Shown here one piece after another: positions 31,601-40,455 of a DNA stretch of 64,000 nt (position 1 is its first letter; every line of letters begins with the position of its first letter). The notes under the pieces are model-generated. The model was not told the DNA's origin. It did no database searches and worked only from the letters and a program-made list of their open reading frames with translations. The translations under genes and the position numbers were made by a program. This DNA is from Trypanosoma brucei (taxonomy: Eukaryota): contig CH464491.1 of assembly GCA_000002445.1 (NCBI GenBank), positions 3,552,001 through 3,616,000 of the forward strand, read 5' to 3'.

Positions 31601-33562
31601 CACTGAATAAGCGTTGGCCTCACTGTCAATGCACTTCCAAACCAAAGTATGCCATTGCCCATCCATAAAGTTTGTGTGCTCATTTCCTCTCAGTAACGCC
31701 GAGCAGCAAGCGCCTAGCGAGTCCACGAGGTATAGCGTAATGTTATACTCATGAAAGCGGTAGCGCTCCCTTCCGAACGCTGGCTCCGCATTGAACACGA
31801 TACCGAATCCCTGCATTCTGCATTGTTTGTCTGTCACACCAAGTAAGCTCATAACTCTATTGTCTACATCTGTTTTAAATCTAATTTCTACAGTCCAATT
31901 GTGTAGCAAATCCCCTAAAATACCTAATGTGCCCAGATTCACCACGAGGTTTCCGTCCAAATGCGGAGCACAGGAGGGTGGTGGGCCACAACCTGGTTCG
32001 ACGCCTTTCAGCATGCCGAGTTGTTCAGGGGGAATAGTTCGCGTCATCTCTTGTTGCTTTTCGTCGCTTGCCATCAGTGGCCAACGCACCAAGGGCCTAT
32101 AACCGTCTACATCTTGCACGCCGAAGCGTACCTCACAGATGGACCCGCTGAATACATTTTTCACGGCATTGGTTTCGTCCAGGTGGCCACCAACGTAAAG
32201 GCGATGAGGCCACGCATTGAAAAATATAGGATTTTCTTGCTGCACAATAGTTAGCTGGACCACGGTTCCATCGAATATGCAGTTCAACTTACTCTCCTCC
32301 AGGCTCTGCACGTGGAGTACAAAGTGATGAAATGATGTGGTGCCACCTGGTGATTGGTTAAGTGCAACAGGAAGCAAACAATCTAGAACACGGTTCGTTC
32401 CGTCTCGAATGTAAATGCAAATACCCTCGCTGACGTCTTCCCTCTGAACCCACGAGATCTCGAATAACTGACCAACATCTAGGCGTCCGTCGTCGATGTG
32501 GATGAGTGTTGCCTTGGGTGCTGTCCACTCAGGATTCTTCTTGAACCAAAAGTCCACCTTGAAACTTTTGATGACGTCCTCAAACTTCGGTATACCAGGT
32601 AGTGCAATAAACGATGATGCGCCGTCAAAAACGAAATACTGCATCTCATCGCCCCATCCGTTTCCCTTTAGGGGTCGGATGGGCTCCTGGTTGACATCAC
32701 TTTCCAAATTTTCCAGCGCAATGAGCGTTGACTTTCGTTTCAAGCGGGCGCTCTGTTGGGAGCTCCTGCCGCCCTCCCTCAATCGTCTTAGTGATGTCGT
32801 CGCACTGTCGAATCGACTATGCGCCGCTTGATAAGGAGATCTACACCCGAGACAAGACCCCTTAGTGCACGGAGGTATCAGTTCCCCACGGTGCGTTGCT
32901 GTCAAAATAGTGAAACGTTCCGTGGCCTTTCCCCGAGGACCAAGAAGGAATTTGTGCTCCTTTACCAGCGCCTTCAAACTTCGCGTCAGTTTTGCGGACA
33001 GGCGTATTGTGGCCTTGGTATTCTTATCCCCATCAGCTAACTTTCGTACAACGTCCCGCGAATGAGGTTTGTTTACTTCATTTTCCAACTGCAGAAGGCG
33101 TTGCATCTGTTTTTCCTTGGCAATTCCATCGGCAACGATGTGCATGGCGTTCTCGGCGCTTCTTTCAACTGCTTTTTGAATAACCCGGAGAACTTTCTCA
33201 AGAAACTTCTCCGCATTCACACCACGATTAATTATTGTGACGTTCTCCCGAGATGCTACGCGCGAACTTACATCAGACATAAGTACTTCGAGCGTGTTCC
33301 ACTCCTCGCTCGAGCTGGACGCCCCTTCCTCCACGGAAGCATCCATGATACCGTCAAAGGGCATTAGGAAGAATGAGCCGGCGCTAGCATCTGTTGAGGT
33401 GTCCTGCCTTGCCTCCTTCACAGCCTCGGGCTCTGGAGGCGGTTGTCGGGTATCATAGTAAACCGCCGTTGGACCAGCGAACGTTGTCAGTTGGTACCGT
33501 TTGCCCTTATTTTCCACCTTGGTAGCCTCATCATCCTCTACTATAGCGAGAATGAGCACCAT
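28688..33562 (-). CDS. Very large conserved hypothetical protein, 1624 aa, with an IQ calmodulin-binding motif
   Basis: ATG at 33560-33562. Uninterrupted 4.9 kb ORF. IQ motif AAVLIQRNWRAQMGRMEALRL. Two internally similar beta-rich regions, which may be ConA-like/LamG-like or SPRY-like; this is inference only. Confidence 0.75.
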   Translation of the reverse strand: MVLILAIVEDDEATKVENKGKRYQLTTFAGPTAVYYDTRQPPPEPEAVKEARQDTSTDASAGSFFLMPFDGIMDASVEEGASSSSEEWNTLEVLMSDVSSRVASRENVTIINRGVNAEKFLEKVLRVIQKAVERSAENAMHIVADGIAKEKQMQRLLQLENEVNKPHSRDVVRKLADGDKNTKATIRLSAKLTRSLKALVKEHKFLLGPRGKATERFTILTATHRGELIPPCTKGSCLGCRSPYQAAHSRFDSATTSLRRLREGGRSSQQSARLKRKSTLIALENLESDVNQEPIRPLKGNGWGDEMQYFVFDGASSFIALPGIPKFEDVIKSFKVDFWFKKNPEWTAPKATLIHIDDGRLDVGQLFEISWVQREDVSEGICIYIRDGTNRVLDCLLPVALNQSPGGTTSFHHFVLHVQSLEESKLNCIFDGTVVQLTIVQQENPIFFNAWPHRLYVGGHLDETNAVKNVFSGSICEVRFGVQDVDGYRPLVRWPLMASDEKQQEMTRTIPPEQLGMLKGVEPGCGPPPSCAPHLDGNLVVNLGTLGILGDLLHNWTVEIRFKTDVDNRVMSLLGVTDKQCRMQGFGIVFNAEPAFGRERYRFHEYNITLYLVDSLGACCSALLRGNEHTNFMDGQWHTLVWKCIDSEANAYSVKVDGTPQELFYLVREGPGKFIPFDDWICLGGHNVRSYRVQCPFYGEISRCFISARGVPLATLVMNEGPGSYVLQDSSGRCNHGLLISEKTCAIRRHDVFWYPYLEETHEEGQDTTAQDEVFIHMNNAVSLAAVVFTCEFSQSGVVREVPYDVLAGASVELRVVEQHICDARPEWKTWRALPESCFRHVETLVQFEEIVNEALSLEKPVGHFMFVIRIGDCHVTLLNLHGPVLPPDATFNQSMLRWQYAYAVAGTKGRREIMLNHMINSVDSVLLSDTLKPFTTWKLGPITVSGKSIVTEDLVRSLQNSGKPWLLSAVLHNHLLNAEFGSSLHIIHHLSGRATADEAASIALFNRRLYIATYERAAVLIQRNWRAQMGRMEALRLANEKQVQERRVEEIAVLRANPLLKARERLSALLISLHDIEAESIPSINDNLEELSSMLRRQGYEVTHLLNPERVAITKSIAELDQNATSFVYVSGYGGRMEIRQPILVSLHSLHISISEGSQRAHIDLERGLGYRQMIQNFRETMPQPKARKSKKKQVVIMSKKATQEAEMAARQRDEMFRWAVAETEDEEANLRMACEAEYDTEVLMIIREIKLAIESTEEYERLYRQNEAGMNFILPCENLFVNPYANTLCEVGELMQLIFQRHMTPVGLQRVVAFDLEPITPMTCGFACLASSTGNTLRFPYKPQQRRVFTDILKKAFDGRLPRVSAHTKAAILRGGIETTAEQRDWRSLATYVVSQMQSVVDEQTYAAARKELDRELPFTAELIPIHTCPLDSDARDKLRRERDSKEVHVVMRFAVGSAVVQPDMFSVFKNILVQAGPLKEILFKRTIYFVLTQNNKGIDGIVMEAVESEVEKCRPQECNVGIRLTACAAGVRVNFEDDDPAQKQNITHWVNAIVMRCLSWRLPVNPLFGYRTLDVDHVAYLYEVKCTCSVRKFRRLQKQQHKEPIPIPYVRFMECEIATAP

Positions 33563-33907
33563 AACAGTTCTCTTACCCTACCTTACCTTCCTCTTCTGTC
33601 AACGAAACGGAAAAAGCAACAAGTGCGAAGGATGAGCGTCACCTGGCCTCGTGGGTACGCGCAGCTAAGGAACCAAGCCAAAGTTTTTGTTGTTTAGATA
33701 CTCGGACTTTTCTATACATGTATTAATACATGCACGTATCAACCCTTCTTCAGATATGAATAAGTACCGGCCCATTCTCTACAACCACTGTTGGGAGACG
33801 GAGACAACGAGCGGGGCCTTGATGGCTGTCACTTTCTTTCCCCTGCACCAAAGCTACGAGGGTACGAAAGTTACGCCCGATCACTCCGCAACATCGTCAT
33901 GCCGATC

Positions 33908-34927
33908 TCAACCCTTTACCCGCTTCTTCTTTTTCCTCATGGCCCTTCCATTCTGCTCAAGTGAATTCTGTATCATGCAGAAATAGTTTGAATCCATTCT
34001 TTCGTGAACTCGAAATTCTACTAATTGCTTATTCTCAAGCAAAAGGGCAACAATGAGTGGGGCCGCCTCCGGGGTTATAATATTAAAGTCCATATCTACC
34101 GATGTTAGGGTACTGCTTTTGCCAATCCCTAAGCAAAACTCTCGAACTGCCTCGTAAGAATGCCCAAATCGTGTATCGGCTACATCGATCGACTCAATAG
34201 AGCTACTTAACCCCAATGCCGTACCAATGTGTTTTATCCCCTCGGGACCAATAGCGTTACCTCGAAGGGAAAGGAAACGGATATTAGAGCCTCGCAAGGC
34301 GCCCTCGGCGAGAGCTTCAGCGCCCACACTTTCAATGCCACAGTGCTGCAGCGAAAGCTCCCCCAGTGTCCCATTCCATCGAAGGGCACTTGCAAGTGCT
34401 TTCGTTCCCACGTCACCCAGTGGATTGAAGTCTAGAACGCAGCGGCTAAGAGTCTCGCACTCCATGAGAAGTGTGCCAATATGTTTCACACCGTTTGCCC
34501 CAATTTGGCACCCAGGAACTTCAACGCACTGAACGCCAAAAGGGTTTTTACCCGCCATCGGTTTGTATGTGCGAATGAAGTTCACAACAACGAGAATGCC
34601 ATCATCACCTATTGAGCAGTGGTGCAACTGAATCACACGGAGGAATGGATACATAGGAAGAATATCCATGAAGAGGGCTCTCAGATCGCTATGAGAGATG
34701 TTGCCATGAACAAATAGTGGTACAAACGGGATATTTGGCTGGTCACCATCCCTCACGCGTTGATATTCCACTTTTACACGCTTACTGAAGGGCGCGATGA
34801 ACTCCCCAAGTACGGCACACTGTTCCAGAAGCCGCTTTAAGTCCACGTCGGCGTTCAGTTCCTGGGCCGGTGTCAATGTTGCGCCCTTCACAATCTCCTT
34901 CTGAGGAGGCGCATTTTTCCTACTCAT
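33908..34927 (-). CDS. Leucine-rich repeat (ribonuclease-inhibitor-like) protein, 339 aa
   Basis: RNI-type LRR repeats (LSLRGNAIGPEGIKHIGTALGL, LSLQHCGIESVGAEALAEGAL, VLDFNPLGDVGTKALASAL). ATG at the ORF end, +/-1 nt. Confidence 0.7.
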   Translation of the reverse strand: MSRKNAPPQKEIVKGATLTPAQELNADVDLKRLLEQCAVLGEFIAPFSKRVKVEYQRVRDGDQPNIPFVPLFVHGNISHSDLRALFMDILPMYPFLRVIQLHHCSIGDDGILVVVNFIRTYKPMAGKNPFGVQCVEVPGCQIGANGVKHIGTLLMECETLSRCVLDFNPLGDVGTKALASALRWNGTLGELSLQHCGIESVGAEALAEGALRGSNIRFLSLRGNAIGPEGIKHIGTALGLSSSIESIDVADTRFGHSYEAVREFCLGIGKSSTLTSVDMDFNIITPEAAPLIVALLLENKQLVEFRVHERMDSNYFCMIQNSLEQNGRAMRKKKKRVKG

Positions 34928-35257
34928 TGACTATTGTTGAAAAAGGAGTGTATTTGTACAACTGATCGTGGTCGCGCTGCACACCCGCGAGAAAGGAAGG
35001 TAAGGGCAACGTGGACATCCAACTTTTTCTGAAAGCAAAGAATTGCGTGAAGAGACACAACTGTTAGGTAACGAACGACACGGTCGGCCCACCCTAGGTG
35101 GCCATTTAAGAAAGAAACTTCGTCACAGAGGGGAGTGAAGAAAAGTATAGGCGGTCCTTGGAACGAGTGAACCATCTATAGTTCGTCTTTACATTGCAAT
35201 CAGCGTAAAAGGTACACGGGTCCTCTCTACAACTTATTTAACTGCTGCAGATGCGCT

Positions 35258-35848
35258 CTATTGCTCATATCCTGAGCTGAAAAACATCTGGCGGAATTCT
35301 AACAGATCGATTGTATCGTTCTCATCAGTTTCGAGGGAGGCAAGGACCTGCTCTGCCGCGACGACTTCATCATCACTTAGCTGAAGAGTTTTTTGCATGC
35401 CTGCAAGCAGCATTGGGATCGACTCACGGGGCATTCTTCCCTCACCGTTCATGTCATACTCATTTAAGACACTTCGAACGATATCATGATCTTCTTGGTC
35501 CGCAGGCAATGTTGTATCCATAACTTCAACGTCACATTGCCCACCCTCTGCGTGGCGGTCTAGAGTCCTGCATTCCCCTTCTTCCTCTATAAACCGCCCA
35601 TCCTTGTCAAAGGGTGCTGCTTGGCCGCAGAGAGCTGCAAAGAAATTGGCGCTGTACTTGTAAAGATCAGCCGGTCTATCCCTGAGGATTGCCTTGGTGT
35701 ACTGCTTCATAATTGTCCCCAACTCCGGGGGAACATTAACTTGTTCCACGCAAAAAATCGACTCCATGGCTGCCTTAACTAAAGCACTTCTTGGGCTTTG
35801 AAAATTAGATGGGAGTAACTGTAGTGAGGAATGAAACATACAACTCAT
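35258..35848 (-). CDS. RIIa (PKA-regulatory-subunit-type dimerisation/docking) domain protein with EF-hand-like C-terminus; likely flagellar
   Basis: Tool ORF begins with TTG at 35878. First ATG at 35846-35848 (MSCMFHSS...). RIIa/DPY30-like motif VPPELGTIMKQYTKAILRDRPADLYKYSANFFAAL. Acidic C-terminus with ENDTIDLLEFRQMF. Confidence 0.6.
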   Translation of the reverse strand: MSCMFHSSLQLLPSNFQSPRSALVKAAMESIFCVEQVNVPPELGTIMKQYTKAILRDRPADLYKYSANFFAALCGQAAPFDKDGRFIEEEGECRTLDRHAEGGQCDVEVMDTTLPADQEDHDIVRSVLNEYDMNGEGRMPRESIPMLLAGMQKTLQLSDDEVVAAEQVLASLETDENDTIDLLEFRQMFFSSGYEQ

Positions 35849-36932
35849 GCGTACGTCCCGAAGTGCAATACCATTCAAAAATATGAGTCACGTCGGTAAA
35901 GAAAGTGAGAGAACAGATGACCTTCACCACAGCACTGTGATCGGCCTAATGACATACTAGTACCAGACAAATCATCGCTTTATGCTTTTGCGCGCACTGA
36001 ACGGCGACCGAAACTCGAATTTATACTTGACTTGTCCCCCCCTCAGAACAACCTTACCAAATATTAATGACCGCTCCCGCTTCCATCTATTTTATTTTTT
36101 ATTTTTTGCACACCATTCCCTCCTCCCCGACAGTCACATTACAGTGTTCCTGCGCGAAGCACCCAAGGATGCGATACAAGTGTACGTAGAATTCAGGATA
36201 CATTAATATCAACAAACGCCTTTCCTGGAGGGGAAGAGGGTGCACACATCTCGCGCGAGACTAGGAGACTACCCCCCGTTCGTTATTGTCGGACTACTGG
36301 GGCCACACAGAAAATCCAAAGGTAAACTGTCTGTGATTACGAATGGCGAGGCTAACAAACAAACAAGGGAGGCAGATACGAACCTGCACACAGTTTCCGC
36401 CATTCAGCAAGGCTCCTCGTAACATGTACGGGAGCTAGTTGAGTGGATAAAATGAGTGAGTTAGACCCCACTCCCCTTTTATTTAGTCACACTACGCGTG
36501 GGCCTGCAAAAATGACGTAAAACCAGTTACCGCCATGGGTGCACGTGCAGACAGAAAACACTGCAGGTGTACGGCATCCGAGTGTTTCGCGCCCCGTTGA
36601 GATGGATACTGTCCCGCAGATAGTTTATTCCACAAAACCCATAAAGTTCCAATCGCCTACATTCCCTAGTGAGCCCACCACATGTGAAACAGTGTAACAG
36701 GGCGTAATAAAGAAAGTCTTCAAGGGCGGTGCAGAATAGTGATTCAATTCGAGAAACTGCTTGATAACAGTATTGAAGAAGAGAATTACATATAACAGTG
36801 TAAACGGATGAGAATGCAGTGGGGTATCAAGGGTGTGAAAAACAAAGGCAAACAAAAACAGATAAGAAAGTTTTGAGAAATACGACCTCCAGGTTGTTAA
36901 CCTATGCCACGCAGAGCTGGTGAGCAGCGACA

Positions 36933-39197
36933 CTACTGGGAAAGGTGTGACAAAGTGGCTGCTTGATCTAACACAATTTGCTGTAGGCGTTCTTTGGATG
37001 AGAGGGCTTCTGACAGAGACGCTTGTGCCGCCTCCAACTCGGTCATGCACCTCTCCTTCGTGTCTCTCTCCCTCTGCAGCTGCTCCTGCACGGTTCGAAG
37101 TAAAGACTCCCTTTCTTGAAGGGCCACCTGGGCGGCTTTCACTTCTCCCTGAAGAGAGCTAAATTTTTCATCATGCTCGGATGACAACATTCCCCTTACA
37201 ACCAGGCGAGCGTTCGTATCTTCCAGCTCACGACATCGACGAGAATCTGCCTCGTATGCTGACTGCACGCCTGAAAAGTCGTGTTGTAGCGACTCGTACC
37301 GATGCTGAAGGAGCACACACTCGTTCTCTTTCAAAATGAGCTGCTTGCTAAGCTCAGCAAGGCTTTGTTGCAGCTCATCTGCGGCTCGATCTTTAGCCAA
37401 CGAAACTTGTTGCAATTCTTCGCAAGTTGTCTCTAGTTGAGCCACTCGGGACGTTGACTGCACGAGTTTCCGATGGAGTTGGTCGTTTTCATATTCGTAG
37501 GTCTGCAAATCGAGACAACTCTGTTGATCTCTGCGGTGGAGTTGACTAACTTGTTCCTGCAGGTATATAATGCTTTGCTCCTTAGAAGAAAGCGTTGCAC
37601 GCACTACCTCCAATTCGCGCTCTATCGTCCTCTGAGCATCACGCTGCGATTCAGCCTCCTTCACTGCATTTTGATAGGCCGAAAGAACTTCTTGCAACTC
37701 ACCGTCTTTCGCTTTGAGAGAATATGCAAGTTGAGTTTCATGCCGAAGAAGCCTTTGCTGCTCAGTGACGAGCTTCTCATTCTCGTTCGCTAATTGCCCG
37801 ACTTGTTGATTGCAGTAGTTTTTGTTTGCCACAAGTTGATCCATATCTCTTTGAAATTGCTGTAGTCGCTCCTCCATGCCCTTCTTCTCACGCTCGAAGC
37901 TAAAAGAGGATGCTATCAGCTGCTGTTTCTCATCTTCAACGTTTGCCAACCGAACATGTAGCTCTCGTTCTGACGCCGCGTACTGACTGCACTTTTGCTG
38001 CAGAGATCGCACCTGAAGGGACAGCTTTTCCGCGTCATCACTCAACAATCTCTTATGTTCAGCCTCCTCTTCTAGCCGTTTCTTTGTTACCTCAAGGATG
38101 GAAACGGTCTCTCCGTGGATAGCCGAAATGTCGTCTATACGGCCCCTCAAATCATCACATTCGGCGCACTTAATTTCCAGCATATGTGCCAAACTCTGCA
38201 CAGAATGGGTTGTAGGATCGTTCAACTGGTTGCACGAATCCACTTGACATTCTTTCGCAGCAAGAGGTACGACATCCGTTTGGACCGAAGAAGACACCTG
38301 AGGAAGAGTGTCAGTTTGTGTCTCCGTGTGGACCTTTTGACTACTCATTCCGCTACGTAAGTTAGCGAGCTCCCTGCGAAGCGACGACCTTTCGTCGGAC
38401 AAGACTTGAATGACTTCCTGAAGGCCTTTGATTTGTGCATTACTAACGGTATGTTCCTGCGATGCCACTTGCAGTGCTTCAGATGTCTCGTTTTTCCGCT
38501 CCTTAATAACAGCCTCTAATTTTCGGATTTTTGCCAGGAAATTGTTTTTCTCTATGAGTAAAGAACTTTTTTCTGATAGAGCGGTCGCAAGCTGGCTTTC
38601 AAGAGTTTTTGTTCGAGCAGCCATGTCTTCTCCATCAGCCAAGTGATTCTTCCGTCCTCTCAATTGTTCAGTTAGAAGGCGATTTTCCTTCTCCCGAAGT
38701 TGAAGTTTATCGTTATACTCTATGGTCATTACACGTAGTTCCTCTTTTCCCGCTGCGCGGACGGCGTTAACCTGTTGTTCTAGTCGTTCCACCTCATTGT
38801 GCAGGAAAGTAATTTGTGAAAGTAGATGAGCGGTATTACCGTCCGTTATGCTGTCCGGTTTTGTTTTTCCGTCCCCACTGCGTGATCTGAGATTCGAAAT
38901 TTCCTGTAAGCAAGCAGTGAGGTGTTTGTTCTTGTCGGCAAGTTGGTCCTCAAGTGCTGTAATGATAGCCGGGCTATCAACTTCCGGGGTTTCGTCAATA
39001 AGTTTCTGCCATGCCTTCTCGGGAAATGAGTTCAGACACTTGTTCAGTGTAACACGTTGCTGTCCAAAGCATAGGTCTGGCTTCGTAACGGACATGTGTA
39101 GATAATTTTTAAGCTGAGCAATCTCGACCTCTTGAGCTTCACATTCCACTCTCAAAGCCCGATTTTCGCTCAACACTACTTCATCGGTTGATGCCAT
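36933..39197 (-). CDS. Long coiled-coil protein, 754 aa (cytoskeletal/flagellar-type composition)
   Basis: ATG at 39195-39197. Continuous heptad-rich, Gln/Glu/Leu-rich sequence throughout (LEQQVNAVRAAGKEELRV..., QQKCSQYAASERELHVRLANVEDEKQQL...). Confidence 0.7.
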   Translation of the reverse strand: MASTDEVVLSENRALRVECEAQEVEIAQLKNYLHMSVTKPDLCFGQQRVTLNKCLNSFPEKAWQKLIDETPEVDSPAIITALEDQLADKNKHLTACLQEISNLRSRSGDGKTKPDSITDGNTAHLLSQITFLHNEVERLEQQVNAVRAAGKEELRVMTIEYNDKLQLREKENRLLTEQLRGRKNHLADGEDMAARTKTLESQLATALSEKSSLLIEKNNFLAKIRKLEAVIKERKNETSEALQVASQEHTVSNAQIKGLQEVIQVLSDERSSLRRELANLRSGMSSQKVHTETQTDTLPQVSSSVQTDVVPLAAKECQVDSCNQLNDPTTHSVQSLAHMLEIKCAECDDLRGRIDDISAIHGETVSILEVTKKRLEEEAEHKRLLSDDAEKLSLQVRSLQQKCSQYAASERELHVRLANVEDEKQQLIASSFSFEREKKGMEERLQQFQRDMDQLVANKNYCNQQVGQLANENEKLVTEQQRLLRHETQLAYSLKAKDGELQEVLSAYQNAVKEAESQRDAQRTIERELEVVRATLSSKEQSIIYLQEQVSQLHRRDQQSCLDLQTYEYENDQLHRKLVQSTSRVAQLETTCEELQQVSLAKDRAADELQQSLAELSKQLILKENECVLLQHRYESLQHDFSGVQSAYEADSRRCRELEDTNARLVVRGMLSSEHDEKFSSLQGEVKAAQVALQERESLLRTVQEQLQRERDTKERCMTELEAAQASLSEALSSKERLQQIVLDQAATLSHLSQ

Positions 39198-39401
39198 TCT
39201 ATAAAGCTATTCGCAACGCAAATTGACAAGTGGTTAGAAAAGTGGGTAAACAAGCGGCCATAGCAAAAGAAAAAGCGAATGGAGAAGTATAGCACCAAGT
39301 CAACCACCCCCGTGAAGTGGCGCGCATATTTATTCGATTGAGTCGAACGCACACTGAACGGGAAAGAGACAAAACAAGAGAAAAAATTTGCGTTAGCAGA
39401 G

Positions 39402-39959
39402 TCATCTTTCTTTGTTGAGAAACTCTGCCCGCTGTTTTGCGAACAACTCTTTCTCGAGTTTCTTAATACGCTTATTGTTATAACTCTCTGCCGCTACTAC
39501 CAGTACTGGCACTGTAATTAGGCCTAAACAACATCCACAAGCGAAAACAAGACCAACCTTCGCTGGGATGCGGTTCTTTGGGCTTCTAAAAGCGTACACG
39601 GCAGCAGCAAAACTTCCCACAATAATCCCCGCGTCCAATCCCCGTTGCATTGGTTCACAGGAAAGAAAGAATCGCCACTGCTGTGAAAGCGCTCTTCTCT
39701 TTGCATCCCCGACGTTGAGACCCTCCTGTTCTATTATGTACTGTTTGAGATCCTTGACTTCGGAATCAGGATAAAGCTTACCCCTGTCTCGCTCGTCCTG
39801 AATGGCTGACATCATTTCCAGTGTCTCCTTTTTAGCAACCTTGTACCGCCCACTTCTTATGAGGTCGTCGATATTGGTAGACTCATGCTCGGTTGCTACA
39901 CGGCCTTCCGAACTGATTTCATTTGGCTCTTGTTTCTGGGTGCTCTGAAGGTGACCCAT
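39402..39959 (-). CDS. Small membrane protein (~185 aa) with two C-terminal hydrophobic helices; first gene of the minus-strand cluster
   Basis: Tool ORF extends to 40055. ATG at 39957-39959 gives MGHLQSTQKQEPNE. Helices GIIVGSFAAAVYAF and VGLVFACGCCLGLITVPVLVVAA. KR-rich coiled tail. Confidence 0.5.
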   Translation of the reverse strand: MGHLQSTQKQEPNEISSEGRVATEHESTNIDDLIRSGRYKVAKKETLEMMSAIQDERDRGKLYPDSEVKDLKQYIIEQEGLNVGDAKRRALSQQWRFFLSCEPMQRGLDAGIIVGSFAAAVYAFRSPKNRIPAKVGLVFACGCCLGLITVPVLVVAAESYNNKRIKKLEKELFAKQRAEFLNKER

Positions 39960-40445
39960 AGTACTACGTGACAACGGTAAAAGAAAAAAGAGGAAGATAT
40001 TGCCAATCACAAGGAAGCATGCATCGTGGTGGTAGCACATAAACAACAGTAACAAAAGATGCGCGAGATACCTCTACTCTTAAGAACATAGTATATTCAT
40101 TCGCTGCATGCAGATACTCATCGCCCGCCATTACCTCCCAAAGCATAGTGAACGCATGCACAACATGAGCGGTATTAAACGGCGACGAAAGGGGTTCAAA
40201 TAGCCGCTGATGCTTGTACCAAAACAAACAAGCGTACAATAATGAAATAATGGGGGGAAAACAACCGACGGCATTTTCAATCGCTAAAAACCGTCACGTT
40301 ACAACACGGACTCTTCGTGCACGGTTGTGACAGCTAATATATTATGACATCAAGAGTGGCAGCAAAGATAAGGTAACAGCATCCCAATAAAGTGAGGGGA
40401 AAACGGGGTGATGATGCACCCGCACCGAATATCAAACAATTTACA

Positions 40446-40455
40446 GGGGGGGGGG
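40446..40455 (+). repeat. G10 homopolymer in the SSR minus arm
   Basis: ttaca-G10-tgtaatccc. Confidence 0.9.
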
